A stretch of 64,000 nt of DNA from Setoptus koraiensis (Eukaryota; Animalia; Arthropoda): the NCBI GenBank assembly GCA_048013815.1, contig CM106586.1:10292001-10356000 (forward strand), given 5' to 3'. Positions 1 through 11,345 of the stretch are shown here, piece by piece. Every line of letters starts with the position of its first letter. The first letter of the stretch is position 1. The notes beneath the pieces were generated by a model. The model was not told the DNA's origin. It worked only from the letters and a program-made list of their open reading frames with translations, and did not search any database. The translations under genes were made by a program, and so were the position numbers.

Positions 1-1396
1 ATTAATCAACAACCGAAAACAATTACACGAATATTGTCTGGTTACAGATATGACAACGAATCAGATTATAGATTGGTCTCAGCGGAAGATGACGAAAGTA
101 ACGAAAGAGCAGTTTTATCGCTAGCCTATTGCATCACTGAATGCGAAAAAGACACACATTGTTCTTCGTTGGCATTCTGTCGCGAAGAAGATGAAAATTT
201 GTGCCTCATAAGCAATATTAAAAATTTCACCTCACCTGATGCACAAAACAACAAGAAAAGCACTGATAAAACCACGGGTAAAAAGTCTATGAAGATGCAT
301 CTGATTGATGGACATCAACTGAGGCGAGACTCAAGGTGTGAGATACACATCAAGAACTATATGGAATATTTTGATGCAATGCACGGTACGGTAGCCACCA
401 TTGAGTCTATCGCCAATTGGAAAATCTACAAAGGTGTTAAGCAAGCAAATATTTGTGCCAAGAATTGCATCGAGATGCAAGAAAATTCAGCAAAGTCAGG
501 ACAAGATCGAGCTCAGATTAAAAATGATTTCTCACTATTCGTGTATTGCAAACAATTGCAAGAATGCCTGGTTAGGATAGAGAATTCTCCCAAAAACGAG
601 GAAACATCTCAACGAGAAGATTTAACAGAGCTTATTGAGCAATCAAGTAATTTAACGCGACGATACAACAGATTCGATTGCACAACATACAAATGTAAGC
701 CGACATTGCTCAATAACTTTAGCAAACAAATTTCCTACCTAATATATATGTATATCACTGAATCAATTTTCTCAACTTTCTTCCGATATCTCTTTAGACA
801 AGAACAAATTTCTATATGTCCCGGTAGAGCAGCGTCTCAAGAATTCAAAACCGTTCACAAGCATCAAGAAATATACTCTTGGGGCATGTTCAGAGAGATG
901 TGCTTTTGAGGAAGATTGTGTCTCGTTTGATTTGTGTCAGGTTGTTAAAGAGAAGATAGACGATCATGAAATTCCGGAAAAGACAACATCATTAGATTGT
1001 CATCTCTATAATGTTAGCATGTACGATGATAATGTCGATTGGACTAACGATAAGCAAGAGCTAGATGAGTGGCTCGAAAGCCCGACGAAAAATGGAGAGA
1101 GGCTCATTAGCAGAGATTGTAAGCACTACGAACGAAAACAGGCGATCAATATGGGCAAGCAAATGAGTCAAATCAAATTAGAAAGATTAGATTCATCAAA
1201 TTCGATCATGTCCAATGGTCTATCTATACTAGCAGCTGCTTTCATAGGTATTTGTTTGGGTTTGTTGATTGGAACAGGAACTAGAAAAAGCAAAAATGAC
1301 GATAGGTATCGAGGATCGCTTGACATATCATACACCATGGAAGAAGAGAATCGACGACAATCGAGCGCATCTATCAGATCTGCGATGGTTGCATGA
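1..1396 (+). CDS. PAN/apple-domain type I membrane protein, paralogue 1 (5' end outside window)
   Basis: Frame is open from base 1. Exons <1..694 and 798..1396. The intron 695..797 (GTAAGC...TCTTTAG) joins the two track ORFs in frame (...TYK-Y-KNKFLYVP...CSERCAFEEDCVSFDLC). Repeated C-x3-C-x5-8-C-x2-F/L-x2-C PAN-like motifs, then a TM helix (ILAAAFIGICLGLLIG) and a short cytoplasmic tail. Confidence 0.8.
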
Positions 1397-1656
1397 TTGA
1401 ACTCACTAGACCAATCACTCGATTCTTAACTAATAAAATCGACCCAGTATTAAAATCTAATCTTGACCTTGAGTTAGTTTTTCAGTCGTGTAACGAAGAT
1501 GTAACATCTTTTGATTTATTTATTTTCTTGGCGGTTTACTGTTCGCGCAAGCTACTGACAAACTCTCATATCTCAAATGTGCTCGAATATACGTCGATGA
1601 GATATAAGCCAGTTTGTTTCGATTCATTCTATGTGTGGGTCTTGAATTGTTGCTAA

Positions 1657-4600
1657 CTCGATGAAGCTCTGCGGCATGTCGGCAGAATCAGATATTTCCG
1701 TGTCATTCGTTACGAAGAATGGGCATCATTTAGGACAGGCGAATTTCGACTGGATTTGGTTACAGTTGAAGAGCGCAAGACATACATAATTTACGGTGAA
1801 ACTGGAGAAATATTTCGTTATCAGCCATTCAGTTGTGTTACAATGAAAGATCATTCAGATGATCTTGGTGTTATGGCAAAAATGTTCAAAAAGTTTAACC
1901 TCAATCAGCACAACAAAAATTTTCATGATACATTCATATTCGGTCTAGGTCCTCTTTGGATGTTGTCTGATACTTGTCCGACTAAACGGTACTTGAAGGC
2001 CAGAGAGATTCCAACTAAAACACGTCCCGAAATGTACAACTATCATAGATTCACAGTTTTCATCGATCAAGATTCGAGTGATAAGGATGACTTCCCTTTT
2101 GATCTGAATTTCTATTTCTCTGTGGATGATAAAGGTCAGGAAAAATCTAGATTAGAATCAAATCAGAATATTGGACCAATTGAAATGTTTGAATGGGTGG
2201 ATGACAGCAAAAAAAGTGTCGCAAGAGCTAAGGTGATATATCTAGATACATCTATCAGTGATGAGCAACTATCATCGTTGTTTAGTATACCAAAAGGTTA
2301 TGGATGCATACGTAATAATCTAGATCAACAATTGGGTAAGAGTCCTAATTTCATACCCATGGGGTTCGAGCCGTCTCATCAGATGTCTATTGAAGTGTCA
2401 GCATCAGTTCCATCGGGGGATATCACTCAATTGACTACTCACATTGCAATGGTTAAGTTTGTCAGGGGTAGCTTAGGTACCGATGGTACTAGATACCAAA
2501 TCATGGAAACACAGGAGAGGGATGACGATGTTGAGCCGCCGCTAATAAAACGAGTCAAGAAGATCTGGGAATATTTGGACTTGAATCGCATCATACTTTA
2601 TGTCATAGATGAGGAAACAAATGAATGTACCCTCTCCAAAGAGTTCAACGACAATGATGCCACAGTGAAATTCGCCTCAACTACAGATACGTTTCCCAGC
2701 GAGATAAAATTAGATTTGAATACTCTTAATGATTTATTCAAAACTAATGATAACGATTATCACCTCATCAAAACTTCTATTCAACCTGATGGTCAATCTG
2801 TAGTCTATGTTCATGAGAGATCCCTCAAAAAATTCACTGCAGGATCTCTATCTGGTCCGGCTTCAATAGTGAGAACTAGTGTTCGTATGATCGTAAATGA
2901 AGATTCGAACAATTCGCCACCGAGTGGATTAGATTCATTTCCGGTGCGCCAAAATAAGAATACAGCCGTCATTTATATTTATAACGATGACCGTAGAAAG
3001 TTGTTGGGCAAGTTAACATTTAAATTGTTTGACCATAGATTGGTTGACTCTGTCATTTTACATAAACAATTAAACATAAAAAATTGTTTGGAGGAATCAA
3101 AAGGTCAATACGCCACGATAAAATATCCAATGGAATCGCCTAAAATCTCTGGTTTTATAGCAATGAAAACCAACTTGATCTATGATCAGTTCCTAACGAA
3201 AATGCTGAATGTAATGCATATGACACCAACAAACCTAAATCAATTAGTTATCAGTTTCGACGATTATTACATGTACATAAGGATGTTGATTTTGGACTCA
3301 CCCAGTAGGTTACCAAGGTATACGGAGTATCCTGGCAAGACTATCGATAACAACTATATGCCACAATCACAACAAGAACTTGATGCTGTCGATATTAAGA
3401 AGCACATTGCAGGTAGCGCCGATAAATGTGCCAGCGTCTGTGATACATATCAATGTAAAGCATTTTCCTATTGCAATAATAGAAAATGCATCATATATTC
3501 TAAACTGTCAGGTACAGTCGACAACACATTTTATGGTATGCTTAAAGACGATCAGAAGTGTCACACATATGTCGACGACAACAACCTTGTTAGGCATGAC
3601 AACAGACCCCATCATGTAATTGAAAGAATGAGAGGGATCATCAAGAATGTTAATGACTTGATTGTCGTTAATGATCAGTATGAATTGACTGATCCCGTCC
3701 ACCAGTTATCTATTCGTGTGCCTATCGATAGCCTACTTGAGGAGAACATTGATAGATTAGAGTCGGTATCTTTGACACCAGTCGCCATAGAAACCGATAT
3801 GACGGATATTGATGACTACTTCCAAGATTTGCAACACAAAGAGAATCAACTTTCTTTGTTAAATGGTCCTATCTCCACTCAAAACTGGTTAGAGGATGAA
3901 TTAGTTCATGCTGAATACACATTGGAATTGGAAGCTAAAAAATTCAAGTTACCTATTGTAGACGTTAAAAACCAATACTCTCAGGAAAGTCATATAACCT
4001 ACGAGGATTGTTCAATATTCTGCCAGTCCAATAATTGTCTCTCTTTCTCCTATTGTGAGGCTGATCAATCTTGCGTCACAAGCAAACTGCACACGATCGA
4101 TATGATTGAAAAGGAAGCCCACGATGATCCTCATTGTAACGTATTTATTCGGGACTATCTAACTAAATTTGAGAAAATTCCGCACGTAAAGCGACCCTAC
4201 AAATCCAAATGGTACCTCAGAGCCAATTCACCAAGAGAGTGTGCGATGAATTGTATGGATAGTACAACTAGAAATTGTTTGTCGTTTGAGTTTTGTTCTA
4301 GCTTAGATGAAAATAAGGCAAATTGTTATTTGCATAGCTTCCATGGAAATTTAATGACAACTGAGCACGAAATCAGCAATGATGTTGTTTCTTTGTCTGA
4401 CAACGCCAAACCAGTTAGGCCAGCATGCCACCGTTACTCAAGTAAGTTTTCAACTGGGTTTATTCGAAAAGCTCCTCAATTTCTTTTCTTATTGGTGAAT
4501 ATTTTACTCACTATAAGAATAATATCGTTTTCTATTCGGCTGAAATCCAATAGGGAACTACATTGCGGACTTTGACAGATTCTCAGGAATGGAGTTGGAT

Positions 4601-5098
4601 AAGTCTGTCAAGGTGGAGGCTGCCAACCAGCAAAATTTTATCATCGATATCGATACCGAAACTTGTGCAAAATTGTGTATCGATAACGATAAATGTTCGG
4701 GATTTACTACCTGTTTCGACCCGTCTTCTTCAATCAAGCTCTCATGCATGATAGCTCAGACCACTCTGAAAAGAGACTATCTTAACAAAAATCCGACATG
4801 CAATACGTATTTATTGTCTATGAAGTCTGAATTTAATACTCGGTTACGACACATTATGCCACCAATGAAAACAGATCAAGTACCATCTGAAACGGCACTA
4901 TCTCAAGACAATCTAAATGAAGACGAAATATTCAGCGACAATGATCAAAGCCCAATAAAGGCTGATGATACTACCTCGGAGAAGAGTGATTTTGGCTGGT
5001 TCGGCAAAATTATAATCCTATTGATAGGTGCGATCATTGGTTGTATCTTTGTTCATGGTTACAAAAATAGATCGCGATTATTACAAGTTATAGCTTAA
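1657..5098 (+). CDS. Large PAN/apple-domain type I membrane protein, paralogue 2 (start codon or first exon unresolved)
   Basis: Frame is open from 1657 to the donor at 4442 (A|GTAAGT). The acceptor TCTCAG at 4586 gives an in-frame join to ORF 4589..5098. Four PAN-like motifs (CASVCDTYQCKAFSYC, CSIFCQSNNCLSFSYC, CAMNC...CLSFEFC, CAKLC...CSGFTTC) and a C-terminal TM (IIILLIGAIIGCIFV). The beta-rich N-terminal region is possibly LolA/ependymin-like (inference). Confidence 0.75.
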
Positions 5099-5269
5099 TA
5101 AACAAAGAGATCTCAGTAGCTGTAGCTCGAGTGACTTGGTGGTGAATTTCCGCTGCTGGCGCTTTTGCTGTACCTGCTGTAGAACTAATTGCTGCTTATA
5201 GTTTTAGGTTGTTCATTGGGCGTCTCGGCCCGGTTCTTCCGCTGCTAGCCTACGAGCTGTGTCCAATCG

Positions 5270-5740
5270 TTTCCTGTATGGACAAGAGCAATATCGCAAT
5301 CATAAGTCATAACCGACTTAATTGGGCACAAGTTTTACTTCAAGTAATTCACCTAATTTTGCAATAATCCTGGATGGATAATGTCGGCCGATTTTCAACT
5401 GATGATTTCATAGAATTCAATTTTTTGCTTGAAGCTTTGTGAACCGACCAGTGACACATTCTTAACGATAAGTAGTACTACATTTTATAAATTTAGTCAT
5501 AGTGCTCGTTGTAATATCTCTTAGAGAGGCATGATTCAGAGCCATTGACTATAGCCCGTACTGTAATTATTTCGGCATATGTCACATGAATGCGGTCTAC
5601 ATGATGAATGATTCTTCTTTAGAAGGGTGGCAATTGATTGATAGGAGTGTTTAATTATTATCTCGCTCTACTAATAATGTGATGGCGATTTCAGAGTCAG
5701 TGTATGTGTAGATATATACATATATATATATTTAGGGTAT
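5270..5740 (-). pseudogene. Decayed 5'-half copy of the adjacent zinc-finger gene
   Basis: Aligns by eye to 6446-7110 with an internal deletion. The start reads ATG TAG (2-nt deletion versus ATG TCT AAA of the intact copy). Confidence 0.8.
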
Positions 5741-5799
5741 TTTGGGTTTGCGTGTAGTTTTATTATTCTTATGTGTCTGGTGTGTCTTGTGTTTTTCAA

Positions 5800-6978
5800 T
5801 CAATCCCTTAATAATGCAGAACAAAAATCTAGTTGAGCTTTTACCATCATTGATTGTTTATCCGTTTTAATCATCAACAATAACTGGTTGAATCTCTCAG
5901 ATAGTTCCTGCCTAGTTGGACAGTTATAGTGTAGGTCAATAAGGGTTGTTGTATTCAATGATTGCTGCATCATTTGTTGATGCTGGTGTTGTTGTAATGT
6001 TTGAATCTTTAATGCTGAGTTTGGTGCTATTACTGCAGGAGCCAGGACGTTGGAGACCGTTAGAGGGCCTGCACCATTATTGGAGGTGGTCGGTGCTACA
6101 AGACCCGAATTGGTCAATCTTGTTTGATTAGCGGTGGGTTGTTGGAGCTGTTGTTGTACCTGCTGTTGTTGCACCTGCTGCTGCTGCACTTGTTGTTGCA
6201 CTTGCTGCTGCTGTATCTGTTGCTGTTGTACTTGCTGTTGTTGTACTTGTTGTTGCTGTTGTTGTACCTGCTGCTGTTGTTGCTGTTGCTGTTGTACTTG
6301 TTGTTGTTGCTGCTGTTGATGCTGTTGTTGTTGTTGCTGTTGTTGTTGTTGCTGCTGCTGTTGCTGTACCTGCTGCTGAACTAATTGCTGATGATGGTTA
6401 TTCGTTTGTTGGGCATTTGAGGCCGCTGCCGCGGATGCGAGCCTGCAAGCTATGTCCAATCGTTTCTTTTGTGACAGAGGTAATTTGGCGACTTCACACT
6501 CATGACCAACGTGAGTGGGCACAAATTCAACTTCAACTGACTCATCTGTTAATTTTGCAATAATCCTGGATGGACAATGTCGGCCGATTTTAACTGATGA
6601 TTTCATAGAGCTCAATTTTTCGCTCGAAGTCTTTGGTAAACCGGAACGGTGACATCTGTAGTAACGATAAGTAGTACTACAGCTACGTTTTATAAATTTA
6701 GTCTTTGTGCTTGTTGTTATATCTCTCAGCCATGATTCGAAATCATTAATATTTGAGAAACTAATTTGTTCCGTTCTAATATCCAAATAATGATCATGTG
6801 TTAAATGTGTATCTAGGGCTTTGTATCTATCATAACTTTCTTCACAATTTTCAAACGGGCAATATAACGATTCGGTTCTATTCGTATCATGATTGTGTAC
6901 CTTTCTCATATGCCTATAAAGACTATAGCTCGTACTATAATTGTTCCGGCATATGTCACATGGATGCGGTTTAGACAT
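5800..6978 (-). CDS. Two C2H2 zinc fingers + MULE-transposase-type (WRKY/GCM1-like) DNA-binding domain + polyQ tract, 392 aa
   Basis: CDIC...HMRKVH and CPFENC...HLTHDH fingers. The YRCHRSG...KIGRHCPSRI...THVGHEC motif is typical of the N-terminus of arthropod Mutator-like transposases. A ~90-residue Gln-rich tract follows. No DDE core or SWIM domain. Intronless. Confidence 0.8.
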   Translation of the reverse strand: MSKPHPCDICRNNYSTSYSLYRHMRKVHNHDTNRTESLYCPFENCEESYDRYKALDTHLTHDHYLDIRTEQISFSNINDFESWLRDITTSTKTKFIKRSCSTTYRYYRCHRSGLPKTSSEKLSSMKSSVKIGRHCPSRIIAKLTDESVEVEFVPTHVGHECEVAKLPLSQKKRLDIACRLASAAAASNAQQTNNHHQQLVQQQVQQQQQQQQQQQQQQQHQQQQQQQVQQQQQQQQQVQQQQQQVQQQQVQQQQIQQQQVQQQVQQQQVQQQQVQQQLQQPTANQTRLTNSGLVAPTTSNNGAGPLTVSNVLAPAVIAPNSALKIQTLQQHQHQQMMQQSLNTTTLIDLHYNCPTRQELSERFNQLLLMIKTDKQSMMVKAQLDFCSALLRD

Positions 6979-7119
6979 GATGAATGATTCTTATTTTAAA
7001 AGGGTGGCAATTGATTGATAGGAGTGTGTAATAATAATCTCGCTCTATTACAAGTGTTATGCGATGGCGATATCCGTGTCAGTATGTGTAAATATATAAA
7101 TGTACATATATTTGGGGGA

Positions 7120-7560
7120 AGGGTATTGTGGGTCTGCGTGTAGTTTTGTGGATAGTCTCAAGTAAATGTTTGATGTGCTTGTTTATTATTAATTCAATCC
7201 CTCTGTGGTGCCGAACAAAGATCTAATTGAGCTCTTTTCATCATCGATTGTTTATCCGTTTGAATTGTCAACAATAATGAGTTTGATGTCTCGTGTGTGG
7301 TTCCTGACTATTAGGATCTTGGACTGTAAGTGTCAACAATAATATTTTGTGTATTCACTAATTGCTGCATCGTTTGTGGGTGATGGTAATAATGTGATCT
7401 GCAATGATGATTCTTGGAAGCTCAATTAGGAGTTCTTAACGCGTGATCCAGCACACCAGAGAACGTTAAGGAGCCTGCAGCATTATTAGAGGTAGATAGT
7501 GCTTAAAGACCAGAATTGGTCAGTCCTATTGTGGTTGGCGGTGGGTTGTAGAGGCCGTCG
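7120..7560 (-). pseudogene. Decayed 3'-half copy of the zinc-finger gene
   Basis: Aligns by eye to 5745-6150 (e.g. GATTGTTTATCCGTTT, ATTGCTGCATC, GAATTGGTCA) with many substitutions and indels. No long ORF. Confidence 0.75.
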
Positions 7561-8294
7561 ATGTAATTGTTGTTGTTTAATATGCCGTTAGTGCACTGTG
7601 TTCACTCAGGATAGACTGCTAGGCGATGGGATTCTCTTGTGCAGCTGATTGAAATTTATGCATAAATCAGATATCTTCGGATGGTTGTGAGGAACAGAGA
7701 GGCTGAATATTTACCAAAATTAATAAACGGTAGTCATTTTGGCGCCTGGTTAAGATCAATGCAGTCAATGAGGATGATTATTGGTAAATACAAACCAGAA
7801 TAAGACGATGGTTGATTGGACGCGGGATCAATAAAGCGTACCTCGATAGTCAATGATGACATTTATTCTATGTACTAGCATAATATAGTAACGCGAATTA
7901 TCGAAACGCGAATTGTGAGCGCGAGTTTCAAATTACAAAGAAAAAAATCCTCAAAATGCACATATCCGTGAATAGCTTGCTAAATATTCACGTTTTTCGT
8001 TATTATTTTTAGAATTTCGCGCTAGCCAATTCGATACTTCTAGAGGCTCTTTTTCATTTTGTTAGTTCATTTAGTAATCCGATCTTAGGGCCCGGCGGGT
8101 CAATTCTGAATGGGGAATGAACCGCGTTAACTGTTTTCTGCTGAAAGAAAAATTCAGAATCTGCTCCGCCCCAAAAAATCCGCGTTACAGTGCGAGGACT
8201 CCGTGCATTGTAAATATCGACAAAGGATTCTTTTTATTATTTGTGGTGAATTCTATTTTCTGTGCTGCTCAATATCAAGTACATTCTGCAACCA

Positions 8295-8308
8295 CCAGTA
8301 GGGGGCGC
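8295..8308 (+). promoter_or_regulatory. CTCF-like motif CCAGTAGGGGGCGC
   Basis: Exact match to the core consensus CCASYAGRKGGCRS, in intergenic DNA. This is a motif match only; binding is not shown. Confidence 0.4.
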
Positions 8309-9300
8309 CCCCACAACGTACCCTGTACATGCTGCACCTGTGCTAGTTCCAGACTTTCACCGCTAGGCGACTATTTACAAAATTAGTTTTCTTTTGTGTT
8401 CTGGCGAAGTTATTTGTGGTCAGAATTCAGATTTTTTTGTGTCGTTGTTATTAGTCAGACGAGGATTATCGATTTAACCATCCTTTAGTCAATTGGAATG
8501 AACAACAATAGCATAGAACCCCATAGTCTTCTCGTGAAATTTTTGCTTTCGCGCCAATTTCGGTCCCTCAGTATTATCCCCTCAGACTAAAAGTATCATC
8601 ATACAATAGAACTATTCAAGACGCTTTCATTGATACGAAAATTGTCGTAAGAAAACCGAGACTAAGATCAAAAATAGACAAACAGGTGAATTACTGTGGA
8701 TGATCCATGATCACAATGGTGTAATCTGGGTCTAGCTAGCCAAAACACTGTAGGATCTGTTATTCCTTGTTTTCATCTCTTGAATCATGATCAAAATTGT
8801 TATACGACTCGGGATTCTTCGATATTATTATTCATGACAACTTTATATTAATAGTATGATCAGGCTACCATGAAATTTTGGCTGCATTTTGCAGCAAACA
8901 CATTTGTAGGAAAAAACTAAGGCGACCATCCGTGATCATTCTTATCACACATCACAAAAACCTCCACCAACCAAAGCCGTTCCTTCAAACATCTTGAAGA
9001 TCTTTGTATTATAAAAAAATTTTCACAACAAAAAATAATATTTTAATACCACAATAATCTGATCTGATATAATATCTGATACGACAATAGCCAAAAAACT
9101 GAATGAAACCACTCATTTGAATACAAAATGGATAGATTGTAAGTAGAAAATCAGAGCATTGAGATTGTATCGAACTGTTCATACATATGGTCATTAGAGA
9201 TAAATTCAAATTTTCTTTCATTCATCTATCCCCCCTCTAAAATACTTCCAGAGGAAGCATAAGTAGCTACAACAGTCAAACTAGTGATCAAGATATCGGT

Positions 9301-10056
9301 AGGGCTACTGTAAAATTAAATGTCTATGATATGGTCTCCATGGCTGGTCTTAACCAGTATTCGTCACCCATCGGGTTCGGAGTATTTCACTCAGGAGTAG
9401 AGGTGTTTGACTGTGAATACGCTTACGGTGGCCACAATTTTTCACATACTGGTGTATTTGAAATAGCACCACGCGATGTTCAGGTACTTGGTGAGGATAG
9501 TTTTAAATTTCGTGAAACATTATTGATTGGTTATACCGACTTTGATTCAAACGATGTCAAACAGATTGTTGACTCTCTAGGGAACAAATTTCGGGGAGAT
9601 AAATATCATCTTTTACATCAAAATTGTAACCACTTTACCGACGCATTGACTAAGGTTTGTACAGTTTATTTTTTTAAATTCACTACTGTTGATAGAATAT
9701 TGTTATATTATATATCTAATCTAATATTTCTATTGTCTACATATCGTACACAAATCGCGTCTCAACATTAGGTTCTATGTGGTCAAGGTATACCTTCCTG
9801 GGTTAATAGATTAGCATATGTGTCATCCAGTTTGCCCTTTATTGAAAGGTGGTTGTCAAGATACATGCCTCTGGCTCCTGGCGATCAAGACCTTTCTAAC
9901 GACGCCAAAGATGATGAACCTAGTTCAACTCCACCCACTCCTCAGAGTACAACCGATTCGAGAGTCAGTGCTCTCGGAAATTTCTGGCGATCAACCAGAT
10001 CCCTTAATAACGGCCCTGGTACCAGCAGAAGTGGCGATAGAACCACAAATAGATAA
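9301..10056 (+). CDS. DESI2: PPPDE-family desumoylating isopeptidase (DeSI2/PPPDE1); 5' end uncertain
   Basis: VKLNVYDM...GVFHSGVEV (catalytic His) and YHLLHQNCNHF (catalytic Cys). Intron 9655..9771 (AAG|GTTTGT...CATTAG) joins to VLCGQGIPSWVNRLAY. Frame is open from 9241 after a possible acceptor at 9251, so an upstream exon is possible. Confidence 0.93.
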
Positions 10057-10395
10057 GGCTTCGAGTCCCATTGTTTTTTCTATACATGAAATAACTTACA
10101 TCTTATCGTGTAATGTTTGTGTATGAAACTCATGCCAGACCAGCAGAGATAAGGACACATCCTGTATTAAATCTACTCCTCGGAATAAAAATATGAGCTA
10201 CGACTTGGACAGATGATTATTTTATAATCTGACTCAGAGCCTGTCCAAATTACTCATCCGAGTGAGCTCATTCCGACTACATAATTTAAATAAATTAAAG
10301 TCAATATCTTCTGGTTTGTGTCAATTTATTTTCGGTATAAATTGATCTTGGATACGTCATTTTCTATTCTAACGAAGTCTACTAATACCTTCACG

Positions 10396-10856
10396 TCTCA
10401 GAATGAAACATATTATTTCAGCGACACAAACTTCGAATTAATTTTATATCTACCCGATGCTGCTCTCCAAGAGTTGAAAAAGAAATGTGGTCCCGGAAAC
10501 TCGTTTTTTTCCAACAAGATCTATTCTGGAGTAATTGAAAGTGAATGAAAATGGCTGTGCCGCAATGTATATGATCAAGCCCGGACTGTTCAATGCATAA
10601 TATACAGTTTCACATCATTGAGATGTTCCACAGCATTCCTCGGCTGGGTCATCGATGACCCAGCCGAGGAGTTCGTGTCGCGAATTTGAAACTCATTTTC
10701 CTCAGAAACCCGGCACTTAGGGAGCAATTTTTTTCGTATAATGATCTACCTTGAGACTTTCGACAAGACTGAAATCAAGATTTCAAAAAATCCGAGTGTC
10801 ACAGAAACATATGTTTCCTTGTTAGTGTAGTAAAAGAACTGTCGCTCATTTTGAGA
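10396..10856. mobile_element. Putative small non-autonomous insertion with short imperfect TIRs and an internal palindrome
   Basis: Absent from the paralogous flank at 14120-14145. Ends are TCTCAGAATGA...GCGACA and TGTCGC-TCATTTTGAGA. A perfect 34-bp palindrome lies at 10637-10670. Confidence 0.45.
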
Positions 10857-11345
10857 TAGATCGATTGAAGAATAGAAAAGCATCAATGAGAGTTGCGGCC
10901 TGGTCTTTATGGTATCATTCAGACTTCAACACTATGACTCGATCCTCTCTTGTAAAACCTATCCATTGTTTCTAAAATGAGTTCAGTATCTAACTCTTCT
11001 CTTTGTTGAGACACATTCGTTTCAGAATTGTCTGACAATTCTTGCGAAATTGTATGCGTTGAGGGTTCACAAAACGATGATGACTGAGACTCTTGCAACC
11101 CGACCGCGATCTGATTGTCCACGATTACAGATTTCGAATCACTGTGAAACTCATCATTTGCCTCATCGTAGTTCACATATTCCCCTGAGATATTCGCAGT
11201 GCATCTGGACAATCGTTAGATATCGGTCCCTTGGAAGCAAGGGTTTCTTCGATCAGGTCATAGTTTGGCTCATGTTCGTTGGCCCATCGCTGTAGGTTAA
11301 ATTGTCATCATCGTGGCTCAAAGTGCGACCATCACTCCGACTGAT
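10857..11345 (-). pseudogene. Truncated, frameshifted 3' copy of the mini-Kibra gene (no WW exon)
   Basis: Matches the C-terminal part of 14206-14710 and 27964-28480 (TLSHDDDN, FCEPSTH, EELDTELILETMDRFYKR). A deletion near 11270 and a 1-nt loss near 11185 break the frame. Upstream sequence is unrelated. The 3' flank similarity resumes at 10329-10395. Confidence 0.85.

Noticed and set aside
1393-1756. Stop-codon readthrough at TAA 1654 linking ORF 1393..1656 to the large ORF
   Set aside because: TAA is a poor readthrough codon and lies within a branch-point-like TGCTAAC upstream of possible AG acceptors. An intron or spurious ORF is the simpler explanation.
6124-6384. Poly-Leu and poly-Cys ORFs
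   Set aside because: Antisense shadows of the polyQ tract in 5800..6978.
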